Below are positions 26,554-37,885 of a DNA stretch of 64,000 bases, one piece after another. Every line of letters begins with the position of its first letter. The first letter of the stretch is position 1. The notes beneath the pieces are model-generated. The model did no database searches. It had not been told where the DNA came from and saw nothing but the letters and a program-made list of their open reading frames with translations. This stretch comes from Candidatus Eiseniibacteriota bacterium (GTDB lineage: Bacteria > Eisenbacteria > RBG-16-71-46 > CAZAMP01): positions 1,312,001 to 1,376,000 of the forward strand of contig OZ245046.1 of assembly GCA_965224245.1 (NCBI GenBank), given 5' to 3'. Position numbers and translations under genes: made by a program.

Positions 26554-27903
26554 ATGAACCTCTCATCCTGTTTCTCCACGCGGCGACTGGCCACCAGCGC
26601 GGCGCTCTGCCTCGTCACGGCCATCGGCACGGAGGCTGACATGATCAGCATCACCGCTTACAACGACAACCTGGCGCTGGTGAGGGACACCCGTCACCTC
26701 TCGCTGGAGAAGGGCGCCAACGACGTGCGCCTCGCCGACGTCGCGGCCCTCATCGATCCCACGTCGGTGTTGCTGTCCGGGGACGGCGTGGGCGTCGTCG
26801 AGCAGAACTTCGAGTTCGACCTGGCCGATGGGGAGCGCATCCTCCAGAAGTACCTGGATCGCGAGCTGACGGTGGTCCTGGAGTCGGGCGACGTGCACAC
26901 GGGGCGTCTGGTCAGCCACTCGTCGGGATCGCTGGTCCTGGTCCAGGGCGACCGCACGATGGCGCTGAACCGCGAGCGCGTCGATCGGATCGACTACCCC
27001 GAGCTCCCCGGTGGGCTCACCACCAAGCCCACGCTCGTGTGGACGCTGAACGCCGACCGCGCGGGAGACCACGACGTCACCCTGTCGTATCTGACGAGGG
27101 GTGTGTCGTGGCACGCGGAGTACGTGGCGCTGGTGAACGAGGACGACACCGCGCTGGAGCTGAACGCATGGGTGTCGCTGGAGAACACCAGCGGCGCGAC
27201 GTACGACGGGGCGCGGCTCCAGCTGGTGGCGGGGACCATCAACCGCGCCCAGCCCGAGCGCAAGGGGCGCAGGTTGGACTTCGCAATGGGCGCCGACGCT
27301 CGTGCGCCGGAGTTCGAGGAGGAGTCGTTCTTCGAGTATCACCTGTACACCCTCGACACTCCGGTCACGGTGAAGGACCGGCAGACCAAGCAGGTGGCGC
27401 TCTTCCCGGCGGCGTCGGTGGGCGAGGTGGAGAAGCGCTACGTCTATCGGGGTGGCAGAGCGGTCCAGGTTCGCCTGGAGTTCGAGAACGCCGCGGCGAA
27501 CGGTCTCGGGCTCGCGTTGCCCAAGGGCGTGGTCCGGGTCTACAAGGCCGACAGCCGCGGAGGCGCCCAGCTCGTGGGCGAGGACCGCATCGCGCACACG
27601 CCGCGCGACGAACGCGTGGAGCTCGTGCTCGGCAATGCGTTCGACATCACCGGCGAGCGCACGGTCAAGGACGTCCGCCAGATCGGACAGCGGGTCCAGG
27701 ATCAGACGGTCGAGATCGTGCTCCGCAACCACAAGGACACCGACGTCACCGTGAAGGTCGAGGAGCAGGCGTGGGGCGACTGGAGCGTCACCGAGTCGAC
27801 CCATCCGTACGAGAAGGAGTCGGCCACGTTGCTGTCGTTCGAGATCCCGGTGGAGTCCGACGGCGAGACCACGCTCACGTTCACGCTTCGCACCCAGCGC
27901 TGA
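26554..27903 (+). CDS. DUF4139 domain secreted protein
   Basis: Signal-like N-terminus; YNDNLALVRD, SYLTRGVSWHAEY, FEYHLY. Confidence 0.75.
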   Translation: MNLSSCFSTRRLATSAALCLVTAIGTEADMISITAYNDNLALVRDTRHLSLEKGANDVRLADVAALIDPTSVLLSGDGVGVVEQNFEFDLADGERILQKYLDRELTVVLESGDVHTGRLVSHSSGSLVLVQGDRTMALNRERVDRIDYPELPGGLTTKPTLVWTLNADRAGDHDVTLSYLTRGVSWHAEYVALVNEDDTALELNAWVSLENTSGATYDGARLQLVAGTINRAQPERKGRRLDFAMGADARAPEFEEESFFEYHLYTLDTPVTVKDRQTKQVALFPAASVGEVEKRYVYRGGRAVQVRLEFENAAANGLGLALPKGVVRVYKADSRGGAQLVGEDRIAHTPRDERVELVLGNAFDITGERTVKDVRQIGQRVQDQTVEIVLRNHKDTDVTVKVEEQAWGDWSVTESTHPYEKESATLLSFEIPVESDGETTLTFTLRTQR

Positions 27904-27906
27904 GCA

Positions 27907-29904
27907 ATGCCGGCGTTCGATCTCGTCTCGAAGTACTCGCCGACCGGCGATCAGCCGGGCGCGATCCGGGAGCTCGCCGAGGGGCTCCGGGCCGGGGAGC
28001 GTGACCAGACGCTCCTCGGCGTCACCGGATCGGGGAAGACGTTCACGATCGCGAACGTGATCGCCCAGATCGGCAAGCCCACGCTGGTCATCAGCCACAA
28101 CAAGACGCTGGCGGCTCAGCTCTACGGCGAGTTCCGGAGCTTCTTCCCGAGCAACGCGGTCGGGTACTTCGTCTCGTACTACGACTACTACCAGCCCGAA
28201 GCCTACATGCCGCGGACCGACACCTACATCGAGAAGGACGCGACGATCAACGAGGACATCGATCGGCTGCGTCTGAAGGCCACGGCCGATCTCCTCAGCC
28301 GTGACGACGTCGTGATCATCGCCAGCGTCTCGTGCATCTACGGTCTGGGGGATCCGAGCAACTTCCGCGGACTGATGCTCTCGGTGGAGACCGGGGGTGA
28401 GATCGCGCGCGAGGACATCCTCCACGCGCTCGTGGGGATCCAGTACTCGCGGAACGACATCGAGCTCCGGCGGGGCACGTTCCGCGTGCGCGGCGACGTG
28501 ATCGAGGTCTTTCCCGCGTACGAGGAGGCCGCCGTCCGGATCGAGATGTTCGGGGACGAGATCGAGGGTATCCGGGACATCGACCCCCTGACCGGCAAGA
28601 CGCTCGGGCAACGCGACCGGATCGCGATCTATCCGGCCAAGCACTTCGTGACGAGCCGCGATCGGCTCGACGACGCGATCACCCGGATCCGCGCCGAGCT
28701 GGATGAGCGCCACACGGCGCTGATGCGGGAGAACAAGCTCCTGGAGGCCGAGCGCCTGTGGAACCGGACTCGGTTCGATCTCGAGATGATGCGTGAGGTG
28801 GGCTACTGCCCCGGCATCGAGAACTACTCGCGTCACATGGACGGCCGGGAGGCGGGCACGCCTCCGAACACGCTCATGGAGTACTTCCCGGACGACTTTC
28901 TGCTGATCATCGACGAGAGCCACGTCACGCTGCCCCAGATCCGGGCGATGTTCGTCGGAGATCACAATCGCAAGTCCACGCTCGTGGACTACGGGTTCCG
29001 GCTCCCGTCGGCAAAGGACAACCGCCCGCTGCGGTTCGAGGAGTTCGAGGAGCGGATCTCGCAGGTGATCTACGTCTCGGCGACGCCCGGCGATTACGAG
29101 CTGGAGCGAACCGAGGGAGTGTTCGTGGAGCAGGTGATCCGCCCCACCGGCCTGATGGACCCCGAGATCGAGGTCCGTCCGGTGGCGGGCCAGATGGACG
29201 ACCTCCTCGACGAGGTCAGGACGCGCGCCGAGCGCAAGGAGCGCGTGCTCGTCACCACGCTGACCAAGCGAATGGCCGAGGACCTGACCGACTACTTCGC
29301 GGAGATGGGTGTCCGCGTGCGCTACATCCACGCCGACGTGGACGCGATCGAGCGCGTGAAGCTCCTCCGCGGGCTCCGGCTGGCCGAGTTCGACGTGCTG
29401 GTGGGGATCAACCTCCTCCGCGAGGGGCTGGATCTGCCCGAGGTGAGCCTGGTGGCCATCCTGGACGCCGACAAGGAAGGCTACCTGCGCTCGGAGCGTT
29501 CCCTGATACAGACGGCCGGACGCGCCGCCCGCAACGCCGACGGCCGCGTGATCTTCTACGCCGACAAGGTGACGCGCTCGATGCGGGCCGCCATCGAGGA
29601 GACCGCGCGCCGGCGTCGCAAGCAAGAGGCCTACAACGAGGAGCACGGCATCACCCCCACGACCGTCACCAAGGCGGTGGCCGACATCATGGCCAGCACG
29701 AAGGTCGCCGACGCGTCGGTCAAGGAGGAGACGCCGTCCCGCACCGAGCGTCTGGCGGCCCAGCTGGCCGAGGAGGGCGACATGGACGCCCTGATCGAGA
29801 AGCTGACCGACGACATGCTCGCGGCCGCCGAGCGACTGGAGTTCGAGACCGCGGCATCGCTGCGAGATCAGATCGACGATCTCGTTCAGCGGAGGCCCAC
29901 GTGA
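27907..29904 (+). CDS. uvrB: Excinuclease ABC subunit B
   Basis: [32 protein letters not shown]. Confidence 0.98.
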   Translation: MPAFDLVSKYSPTGDQPGAIRELAEGLRAGERDQTLLGVTGSGKTFTIANVIAQIGKPTLVISHNKTLAAQLYGEFRSFFPSNAVGYFVSYYDYYQPEAYMPRTDTYIEKDATINEDIDRLRLKATADLLSRDDVVIIASVSCIYGLGDPSNFRGLMLSVETGGEIAREDILHALVGIQYSRNDIELRRGTFRVRGDVIEVFPAYEEAAVRIEMFGDEIEGIRDIDPLTGKTLGQRDRIAIYPAKHFVTSRDRLDDAITRIRAELDERHTALMRENKLLEAERLWNRTRFDLEMMREVGYCPGIENYSRHMDGREAGTPPNTLMEYFPDDFLLIIDESHVTLPQIRAMFVGDHNRKSTLVDYGFRLPSAKDNRPLRFEEFEERISQVIYVSATPGDYELERTEGVFVEQVIRPTGLMDPEIEVRPVAGQMDDLLDEVRTRAERKERVLVTTLTKRMAEDLTDYFAEMGVRVRYIHADVDAIERVKLLRGLRLAEFDVLVGINLLREGLDLPEVSLVAILDADKEGYLRSERSLIQTAGRAARNADGRVIFYADKVTRSMRAAIEETARRRRKQEAYNEEHGITPTTVTKAVADIMASTKVADASVKEETPSRTERLAAQLAEEGDMDALIEKLTDDMLAAAERLEFETAASLRDQIDDLVQRRPT

Positions 29905-30848
29905 TCCCCGAGCCCGCGCATCCTCAGGCCCGGTGGCCCGGCGGAGACGAGCTCGACGCGCTGATCGCACGGTCGCTGGACGAGGACGTCGGACCGGGTG
30001 ATCTCACGACGACCGCCACGGTGCCCCGAGACGCCAGAGGGTCGGCCGTGATCGTGGCCAAGGCCGCCGGGCGACTGGCCGGCCTCCCGTCGCTGGCGTC
30101 GGTGTTCACGGCCGTCGCGCGCCGGGGTGCCGGGGGCCAGGTCGACGTCCGGTGCGAGCGCCGCGATGGGGATCGGGTCGAGGCCGGCACGCGGGTCGCG
30201 GCGCTGACGGGCTCGCTCCGGACGCTCCTGGTGGGCGAGCGAGTTGCCTTGAATCTGCTCGGGCATCTGTCCGGCATCGCGACGCTGACCGACCGGCTCG
30301 TGGCCGACGTCTCGGGTACCGGCGCCCGGATCGTCGACACGCGAAAGACGATCCCCGGTCTTCGCGAGCTGGCCAAGTACGCGGTGCGCTGCGGCGGAGG
30401 CGTGAACCACCGGCACGGCCTGTACGACGCGGTTCTGATCAAGGAGAACCACGTCGCGGCCGCGGGAGGCGTTCCCGAAGCCGTGCGCCGCGCGCTGGAC
30501 GCGATCGCGGCGCGAGGAGCGCCGGCGCCGGGAGACGCACCGATCCCCGTGCAGGTGGAGGTCACGACGCTCGGCGAGGCGAGGGAAGCCGTGGGGGCCG
30601 GCGCCCGGATGCTCCTTCTCGACAACATGTCGCCCGCCGACGTCCGGGACGCGGTGGCCGGGCTGTCCCGGTCCCACCCCGAGGTCACGATCGAGGTCTC
30701 CGGTGGGCTCACGCGAGCGAACGTCCGCGCGTACGCGGAGGCGGGTGCGCACCGGCTCTCGATCGGAGCGCTGACCCACTCCGCGCCCGTGCTCGACCTC
30801 TCGATGCGGGTCGACCGGACCACGGCCGGGTCGGGCGAGGCGGGATGA
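29901..30848 (+). CDS. nadC: Nicotinate-nucleotide diphosphorylase
   Basis: [38 protein letters not shown]. Confidence 0.95.
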   Translation: MIPEPAHPQARWPGGDELDALIARSLDEDVGPGDLTTTATVPRDARGSAVIVAKAAGRLAGLPSLASVFTAVARRGAGGQVDVRCERRDGDRVEAGTRVAALTGSLRTLLVGERVALNLLGHLSGIATLTDRLVADVSGTGARIVDTRKTIPGLRELAKYAVRCGGGVNHRHGLYDAVLIKENHVAAAGGVPEAVRRALDAIAARGAPAPGDAPIPVQVEVTTLGEAREAVGAGARMLLLDNMSPADVRDAVAGLSRSHPEVTIEVSGGLTRANVRAYAEAGAHRLSIGALTHSAPVLDLSMRVDRTTAGSGEAG

Positions 30849-31672
30849 CGCCCGACCGCGCCGGCTACGACGTGACCCGGCTCCACGCGTTGTTCGAGTC
30901 GTCGCCGCTGGGAGGGGAGCTGGACGTTCGAGGCGCGGTCGACTCGACGAACTCCATCGCGCGCGAGCACGCCGAGCGGGGCGCCGGTCACGGAACGCTC
31001 GTGATCGCCGACGAGCAGCGCCGGGGACGCGGGCGGCTCGAGCGTGGATGGTACTCGCCCCCCGGAGTCGGCCTCTGGATGACGATCGTGACGCGGCCCG
31101 AGCTGGGACCTCTCGCCGGGGCGCTCGTGCCGCTGGCGGCCGGCGTCGGCGCGGCGGAGGGCCTCGAGCGGCTCCATACGGTCAGGATCGCGCTGAAATG
31201 GCCGAACGATGTCATGATGGACGGCCGTAAGCTCGGTGGGATCCTGGTCGAGTCCGCGACGCGGGGGGACCGGCTCCACTGGGCGCTGGTCGGCATCGGG
31301 ATCAATCTGACCACGCCGCCGGAGGCGTTTCCGGCGGACGTCGGGCCTCACGCGACGTCGCTCCGGCAGGCGGGCATCGAGCGCGTCGATCGCGAGGCGA
31401 CGGCGATCGCGGTGGCGGTCGGCGTGGTCTCGGCCGTCGAGCGTCTCGAGTCGGACGCGAGCGGGCTTCTGGAGGCTTTCGAGACCCGGGACGCGCTCCG
31501 GGGACGCCGGGTGCGCGTGCACGGCGCGCGCCTGCACGACCGCGACCCGACCGTCGAGGCGAGCTTCGAGGGAACGGCATCCGGGATCGACCCGACCGGA
31601 GCGCTCCGCGTCGACGTGGACGGCGAGCGTCACGTGGTGCGCATGGGCTCGATCCGGGTGATTGACCCTTGA
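30845..31672 (+). CDS. birA: Biotin--protein ligase
   Basis: DSTN, GRGRLERGW, KWPNDV, KLGGIL. Confidence 0.92.
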   Translation: MTPDRAGYDVTRLHALFESSPLGGELDVRGAVDSTNSIAREHAERGAGHGTLVIADEQRRGRGRLERGWYSPPGVGLWMTIVTRPELGPLAGALVPLAAGVGAAEGLERLHTVRIALKWPNDVMMDGRKLGGILVESATRGDRLHWALVGIGINLTTPPEAFPADVGPHATSLRQAGIERVDREATAIAVAVGVVSAVERLESDASGLLEAFETRDALRGRRVRVHGARLHDRDPTVEASFEGTASGIDPTGALRVDVDGERHVVRMGSIRVIDP

Positions 31673-31750
31673 GGCCGGTCGGCAGGGACGGCTACACTGG
31701 CAAGCCTGTATATTTACGCCGCTTAGCCGTGCACCGAGGCCATTTCTCAC

Positions 31751-33067
31751 ATGGATCAGCCTGACAACGCAAAATCGGGTCCGCGCATCGTCGAGCGGCA
31801 AGCGCACACGATCTCGCGCCGCGACATCGATCCCGACGCGCTGAAGGTCCTGTACCGCCTGGCGCGCAACCGCCTCACGGGATACCTCGTCGGGGGCGGC
31901 GTGCGGGATCTGCTGCTGGGACGAGAGCCCAAGGACTTCGACATCGGGACGCATGCGACGCCACCGGAGCTGCGACGCCTGTTCAAGAACAGCCGTACCA
32001 TCGGGCGCCGGTTTCCGATCGTGCACGTCTATTTCCGGGGCGGGAAGGTCGTGGAGGTATCCACGTTCCGGCGCAACGCCCCGGATTCCGGTGACGGCCG
32101 GCGCATCGTCCGGGACGACTCGTGGGGCAGCCCCGAGGAGGACGCCTGGCGCCGCGACCTGACGATCAACGGACTCTTCTACGACATCGAGACGTTCAGC
32201 GTCATCGACTACGTGGGCGGGCTCGACGATCTCGAGCGGCGGATCATCCGGACCATCGGCGATCCGTTCGTGCGCTTTCGCGAGGATCCCGTGCGCATCA
32301 TCCGCGCCGTACGACACGCGGCGAGGATCGGGTTCGAGATCGAGCCGCGAACCTGGGAGGCGATGACCGAGCTGCACCCGTTGATCGCCACCTGCTCGGC
32401 GCCGCGCGTGCTCGAGGAGTTCCTGCGGGAGCTGCGAGGGGGCTGCGCCGCGCCGTCGATCAAGCTGATGAGCGAGTCCGGGCTGCTGGCCGACCTCGCG
32501 CCGCGGCTGGACGCGTACGTGCGCGCGATCGGAACCGACGGCGAGGAGGGCCGCCAGTTCTGGGCTCGGCTGGAGGCGCTCGACGCCACCGATCTCAACG
32601 AGGTACCGGCGCCGAACGCCGTCGCGCTGTCGGTCGTGATCGGAGCGGTGGTCGGCCCCGAGGTGACCGCGGCCGAGAAGTCGGCCAACGGCAATCGCCG
32701 ACCCGACATCGGCAAGGTCGTGCGCGACGCGCTGGTTCCGGTGCTGACCGATCTGGGGATCTCGCGCCGCGATCTCGAGCGCTGCTTTCACATCTACCTG
32801 GCCGGCCGGCGCCTGTTCCGGATCGTGGCCGACGGCGGGCACATCCCGGGCAAGCTGCAGGCGAAGAGCTACTTCCCGGACAGCTGGGCCTACGTGCGCA
32901 TCCTGCTCGAGGCCGAGGGGTGGTCCGAGGAGCGCATCGAGGCGCTCCGTCGATCTCCGAGCGAAAAGCGGCGCCGGCGGCGCCCGCGCTCCCGGTCCCG
33001 CTCGCGGAGCCGGCAGCGTGCGCGCACGCGAACGAACGCCGGCGACCCGCACGCCCGTCAGCCGTGA
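31751..33067 (+). CDS. pcnB: Poly(A) polymerase
   Basis: LVGGGVRDLLLG.EPKDFD, IGRRF signature, RRDLTING, REDPVR. Confidence 0.9.
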   Translation: MDQPDNAKSGPRIVERQAHTISRRDIDPDALKVLYRLARNRLTGYLVGGGVRDLLLGREPKDFDIGTHATPPELRRLFKNSRTIGRRFPIVHVYFRGGKVVEVSTFRRNAPDSGDGRRIVRDDSWGSPEEDAWRRDLTINGLFYDIETFSVIDYVGGLDDLERRIIRTIGDPFVRFREDPVRIIRAVRHAARIGFEIEPRTWEAMTELHPLIATCSAPRVLEEFLRELRGGCAAPSIKLMSESGLLADLAPRLDAYVRAIGTDGEEGRQFWARLEALDATDLNEVPAPNAVALSVVIGAVVGPEVTAAEKSANGNRRPDIGKVVRDALVPVLTDLGISRRDLERCFHIYLAGRRLFRIVADGGHIPGKLQAKSYFPDSWAYVRILLEAEGWSEERIEALRRSPSEKRRRRRPRSRSRSRSRQRARTRTNAGDPHARQP

Positions 33068-34182
33068 CCGCCGCGGCGGTGCGGCTGATGGCCGACCTCC
33101 GGTCGCTGGCCGTTCCACGAGCCGCCGGGACCGACGCCGAGCGGCGTCTGGCCCGCGACGTGTCCGAGCGGCTCGCCTCGCTCGGCTACGACGTGCACGA
33201 CGAGCCGTTCACGTTCGATCCTCGCTGGATCCGACGAGGCTATCCGGTCGCGTTACTCGTGGCCGCGGTCCTGGTGACCTGGACGCCGTTCTCGCCGTCG
33301 CCCGCGTTCACGCTCGCGCTCGTGTGCGCCGTGACGTTGCCGGTGGTGGTGGCCGCAGGATCCGGCGCGTGGCGCTTCGATCGGGGGACCGCGATCGCGA
33401 CGTCCAACGTCTTCGCCACCCGCCCGGGCACGAGGGGACCGGTCACGGTCGTCGTCGCGCATCTGGACTCGAAGAGCCAGCGACTCTCGTTCGCCGGTCG
33501 ATCGCTCGCGGCCGCGGTGTCCGCGGCGGGGGTCCTGGGTCTCGCGGCGGCGCTCGCGCTGTGGCCGGACGTGCGCGCGCTGCACCTCGCGTGCGCGGCG
33601 GCGGCGGCCGGCGCGCTGGCGGCGAGCGCGCTCGCGGGGTACGGGAACGCATCGCCGGGTGCTCTCGACAACGCCACCGGAGTCGCGGTGCTGCTCGAGC
33701 TGGCCCGGCACCGCGCCGGCCACGATGCACCCGGGCGGGTGGAGTGGCTCGTCACCGGCGCCGAGGAGGATGGTCTGGTGGGCGCCGATCGCTTCCTGGC
33801 CCGACATGGCGAGCGCCTGCGCGCCGAGCACGCGGCCGTGGTCAACCTCGACACGGTGGGCGGCGCCGGGCCGTCGATCCTGATCACGCACCGCTGGCGC
33901 GGCGGCGCCGGGGAGGACGGGCTGGCCGGGACCATCCGAGAGCGGGCGCGTGAGCTGGGCATCACGCTCGTCGAGAAGAGGGTGCCGTTTCCCGCCGGCG
34001 TGGACAGCGCCGTCTTCGCGCGCGCCGGGTTGCCGGCGGTGACCCTCGCGTCGGGTACGTGGCGCTCGACGTTTCGGCACGTGCACCGGCCGTCGGATGT
34101 GCCCGATCGCGTCGACGTCGCCACGCTGGAGCGGACGGTCCGACTGGTGGACGCGCTGCTCGACGCCCGCGCCCGCTCGTGA
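33064..34182 (+). CDS. Membrane-associated M28 family peptidase
   Basis: AHLDS, GALDNATG, GAEEDGL, NLDTVG, H..D motifs plus TM segments. Confidence 0.8.
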   Translation: MTAAAVRLMADLRSLAVPRAAGTDAERRLARDVSERLASLGYDVHDEPFTFDPRWIRRGYPVALLVAAVLVTWTPFSPSPAFTLALVCAVTLPVVVAAGSGAWRFDRGTAIATSNVFATRPGTRGPVTVVVAHLDSKSQRLSFAGRSLAAAVSAAGVLGLAAALALWPDVRALHLACAAAAAGALAASALAGYGNASPGALDNATGVAVLLELARHRAGHDAPGRVEWLVTGAEEDGLVGADRFLARHGERLRAEHAAVVNLDTVGGAGPSILITHRWRGGAGEDGLAGTIRERARELGITLVEKRVPFPAGVDSAVFARAGLPAVTLASGTWRSTFRHVHRPSDVPDRVDVATLERTVRLVDALLDARARS

Positions 34183-34192
34183 GGATCGGATC

Positions 34193-34918
34193 ATGCGTCT
34201 GAACCGCTTCATGGCCGCCGCCGGGATCGCATCGCGGCGTAAGTGCGAGGCCCTCATCGCCTCGGGCCGCGTCCGGGTGAACGGTGAGACCGTCACCGCG
34301 CTCGCCACGCTGATCGATCCCGCGCGCGACGTCGTCGAGTTCGACGGCGTGCGCGTGCGTCCCGAGTCCGATCGTCGCGTGTACGTACTGTACAAGCCGG
34401 CCGGTCTGATCACCACGCTCCACGATCCACAGGGGCGTCCGACGATCGCGTCGGTGATCCCTCCCGCGCTCGGCCGCGTGTATCCGGTGGGGCGCCTCGA
34501 CCGGGACACGACGGGCCTGATCCTCCTGACCGACGACGGGGATCTCGCGTATCGGGTGACGCATCCGAGCCATCACGTACCGAAGCGCTATCTGGCCCTG
34601 GTGGCCGGGTGTGTCTCGGCCGGCAAGATCGAGCGGCTCGTGTCCGGCGTTCGACTCGACGACGGTCCCGCGCGCGCGCGCGCGGCGCGCCGCATCGCGA
34701 CCGACGGGCGCCGGAGCGTGCTCGAGATCGTGCTGGGTGAGGGACGAAAGCGTCAGGTCAGACGGATGCTCGAGCATGTGGGGCATCCGGTCGACCGGCT
34801 GCACCGTTCGGCGATCGGACCGGTAGAGCTGGGGGATCTCGCGGAAGGGGAGGTGCGCGTGCTGGATCCGGGCGCCCTCGCCCGCCTGCGCGACGCGGTG
34901 GGCCTCGACACGACGTGA
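34193..34918 (+). CDS. rRNA pseudouridine synthase (RluB/RsuA family)
   Basis: MRLNRFMAAAGIASRR S4 domain, VGRLDRDTTG, EGRKRQVRRM. Confidence 0.93.
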   Translation: MRLNRFMAAAGIASRRKCEALIASGRVRVNGETVTALATLIDPARDVVEFDGVRVRPESDRRVYVLYKPAGLITTLHDPQGRPTIASVIPPALGRVYPVGRLDRDTTGLILLTDDGDLAYRVTHPSHHVPKRYLALVAGCVSAGKIERLVSGVRLDDGPARARAARRIATDGRRSVLEIVLGEGRKRQVRRMLEHVGHPVDRLHRSAIGPVELGDLAEGEVRVLDPGALARLRDAVGLDTT

Positions 34919-34960
34919 TCCGCGTCGGCCGGTTGGGCCCGGCCCCGAAAAACCGAGCCC

Positions 34961-35004
34961 AAAAGAAACGAGGACCGCGTCATGGGCAGAGCCACGCGAT
35001 CCTC
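34961..35004 (-). terminator. Intrinsic terminator, minus strand
   Basis: GAGGATCGCGT...ACGCGGTCCTC followed by GTTTCTTTT. Confidence 0.55.
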
Positions 35005-35083
35005 ATACGCGCGTCGGGAGCTTGCGGTCAGGCAAGTCGCCCATCTACGCACGATCAAAAGCTATCATCGGTCGTGCCGCCGG

Positions 35084-36028
35084 TCAACCACAAGCGTGTT
35101 CGTAGCAGCGGTCGGCCAGAGCCACGGCGCGGACGCCCTCGGTCAGAGGGATCGGGTTGGGGCCGCCGCCTACGAACCTCGCGAAATCGGCGAGCGCCTC
35201 GCGCACCGTCGGCACGGGGGCGACCGGGACGGCCTCGCGGCGTCCCGGCTCGCGGCCGATTTCGAGCGCGTGGTGCTGATAATCGCCGAAGATCTGCCCG
35301 CGCTCGCCCACGAGCTCCACCCGGCACGAGCGGTGCGTGGTGTACTTCGACACCTCGAAGCTGACGTGACATCCGGACGCGGTTCGGCCCGTCGCGTGGA
35401 AGAAGTCCTCGGTGGTCGGATCGAGCACCTGCTCCATCACGCAGTGCTCGATGTCGATCTCCTCGCCGAGAAGCCACGCCGCGGTGTCGAACAGGTGCAC
35501 CCCCGTCAGGAGGACGGACCCGCCGACGGAGATCGCGCGCTCGCGCTGCCATGCCAGCGTGCTCGGCTCGAGCCGCTGCGAGAGCCGGACGTAGTGAAGG
35601 CGACCGATCTCGGGGAGGTGTGCGCGCGCCGCGACGAGCACCGCGTCGTAACGGAGCGTGTGCGCCACCATCACGCGACCGCCGAGCGCTCGGTCCCGTT
35701 CCAGAAGCGGCACCGCCTCGGCCGCCGTGGCCACCGCCGGCTTCTCGACGAGCACGAATCGCGCGCGGTCGAGCGCCGAGGCGATCAACGGTGCGTGCGA
35801 CGAGGGCGGCGTGACGATGATCACTGCGTCCACCGCGTCGACCAGCTCGGACGCGCTCGAGAACGCGGTGACGCCGAGCGCGTCCGACGTCTCCCGGAGG
35901 CTCTCGGAACTGCGCCGGAACACGCCGACGAGCTCGAGCTCGGGACGGTCGCGGAGGATGTGGTTCGCGTACCGGCGCCCGTGCGTACCCACGCCGATGA
36001 TGCCCGTTCGGATGCGTGTCCGACTCAC
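35084..36028 (-). CDS. Gfo/Idh/MocA oxidoreductase
   Basis: GIIGVGTHG, LVEKP, GGSVLLTGVHLFD. Confidence 0.85.
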   Translation of the reverse strand: MSRTRIRTGIIGVGTHGRRYANHILRDRPELELVGVFRRSSESLRETSDALGVTAFSSASELVDAVDAVIIVTPPSSHAPLIASALDRARFVLVEKPAVATAAEAVPLLERDRALGGRVMVAHTLRYDAVLVAARAHLPEIGRLHYVRLSQRLEPSTLAWQRERAISVGGSVLLTGVHLFDTAAWLLGEEIDIEHCVMEQVLDPTTEDFFHATGRTASGCHVSFEVSKYTTHRSCRVELVGERGQIFGDYQHHALEIGREPGRREAVPVAPVPTVREALADFARFVGGGPNPIPLTEGVRAVALADRCYEHACG

Positions 36029-36098
36029 TCGTTTCCTCCATGGTCGACTCTCGCGGCGGTGCGTTCGCCTCGCCGGTCGCCGCCGAGCCGTCGACCGG

Positions 36099-37307
36099 TC
36101 AATCGGCGTCCTCGTGACTGAGCGAGGAGCCGGTGTCGCCGGCGTCGTCCGCGTGGAGCGTACCGCCCCGGAACACGGTGTCGCGACCGAAGCGTCGCTC
36201 GAGCCGGTCCAGCGCGGCGTCCAGCGTCTGCCGGCGGGTCTCGGCCTCGTTCTCGACCAGCGAGAGCGTCTCGCCCTCGCGGCCGACGATTCCGGAGACC
36301 CCGACCCCGACGAGCCGCACCGGACGACCCGTCCAGCTCTCCTCGAAGAGCGATCGGGCCACGCGATGGATCACCGCGGCGTCGTCGGTGGGCTCGGGGC
36401 GGGTGACGCGACGGGTGATCGTCTTGAACGTGAAGTCGCGCAGCTTCAGCGTGATCACCCGACCCCGCACGCCGTCTCGGCGCAGGCGCCGGGCGACGCG
36501 GGTCGCGTGGTCCAGCATCGTTCCCAGCAAGACGCGGGCGTCGGTCTGGTCGACCGCGTACGTCATCTCGTGGCTGTACGACTTCGCGTCGTGGTCGGGG
36601 ACGACGGTGCGGGAGTCGAGCCCCCTGGCCAGATCCTGTAGATGGGTGCCGTGGCGGCCGAAGTGCGTCTCCAGAAACCACCGCTCGGCCGTGGCCAGAT
36701 CGCCGACGACCGAGAGCCCGACCGCCGTCAGGCGTTCGAGGGTGCGCGGGCCAACGCCCCAGAGGCGCGCCAGGGGCAGGGGAGCCAGGAACGACGCGAC
36801 TCCGCCCGGCTCGACGACCACGAGCCCGTCGGGCTTCTCGAGGTCCGACGCGATCTTGGCCACGAACTTCACCGGCGCGATGCCGACCGACGCCACCAGG
36901 CCGCTCTCGGCGAACACCTCGTCCTTGATGCGGCGCGCGAGGGGGCGGGACGGGCCGAGGCTCCGATCGGTGCCCGACAGATCGAGAAACGCCTCGTCCA
37001 GCGAGAGCTTCTCGAGGCTGGGGCTGAACCGCTCGAGGACGCTCATGACCCGCTTCGACACGTCGGCGTAGCGGTCCATCCGCGCGGGCACGCGGACGAG
37101 GTGGGAACAGCGCCTGACCGCCTCGGACATCGGCATGGCCGAGTGGACCCCGTAGCGCCGGGCCTCGTACGACGCGGCCGCCACCACCCCGCGCGCGTTC
37201 GAAGGCCCGCCGACCACGACGGGCTTTCCGGCCAGCTCGGGGTGATCGTGGATCTCGATGGAGGCGTAGAACGCGTCCATGTCGACGTGGGCGATGCGGG
37301 CGGCCAT
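36099..37307 (-). CDS. dinB: DNA polymerase IV
   Basis: HVDMDAFYAS, SYEARRYGV, SLDEAF. Confidence 0.95.
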   Translation of the reverse strand: MAARIAHVDMDAFYASIEIHDHPELAGKPVVVGGPSNARGVVAAASYEARRYGVHSAMPMSEAVRRCSHLVRVPARMDRYADVSKRVMSVLERFSPSLEKLSLDEAFLDLSGTDRSLGPSRPLARRIKDEVFAESGLVASVGIAPVKFVAKIASDLEKPDGLVVVEPGGVASFLAPLPLARLWGVGPRTLERLTAVGLSVVGDLATAERWFLETHFGRHGTHLQDLARGLDSRTVVPDHDAKSYSHEMTYAVDQTDARVLLGTMLDHATRVARRLRRDGVRGRVITLKLRDFTFKTITRRVTRPEPTDDAAVIHRVARSLFEESWTGRPVRLVGVGVSGIVGREGETLSLVENEAETRRQTLDAALDRLERRFGRDTVFRGGTLHADDAGDTGSSLSHEDAD

Positions 37308-37742
37308 GACTCTCTCGACGGGGAAGACCGACGTCCGCGCACATGGTAGCGCGCTCGGTTCGTGATTTGGAGCGCGGAGTCGCGCCAGGCGTCGAGGACT
37401 CGACGCCTGCGCCGCCCACACGCCGGGGGTGGGAACGGGCACGACGCCGTCCACTGGCGGTGCCCGGGTGGTCTGCGGGGTCCCGGACGCCGTCCGGATC
37501 GCGTCGCCGGCGCCGCGGGCGACCCGACCCGTGGCGGACGCTAGTGCCGGTGCCGCCGGTACTTGGCCGGGGCCGGACCCCGTGGCCGCGGAGTTGCAAT
37601 GAGCCGAGCCCGGAGCGACGGGGGCCGCCCTGCCCGTATCTGCGGGCAGCGCCGCCCCCGCGATCCTCGGTGTGCCGAGCCGCGCCCGTGCCACCCGCCG
37701 GACCGTCGTCGATCCGGCCGGTCGGTCCGCGGCCCGACGTAC

Positions 37743-37878
37743 GCGATTCGCAGCTCGGTGACGGAGCCGGTGCCAACGCCATGCCGCGCCTCGCGCGGTC
37801 CTCGTCGATCCTCGATCGTCCGCCCGTGTCCTCACGCCATCCTCACGACCGGCTCCGTCACCGAGCTCCATTCTCGCT
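37743..37878 (-). ncRNA. Candidate CsrA-sequestering sRNA (CsrB/RsmZ-like)
   Basis: Perfect 20-bp inverted repeat (37752-37771 / 37848-37867) enclosing five GGA motifs at 10-11 nt spacing; sigma28-like promoter just upstream. Confidence 0.5.
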
Positions 37879-37885
37879 TGCGGGC

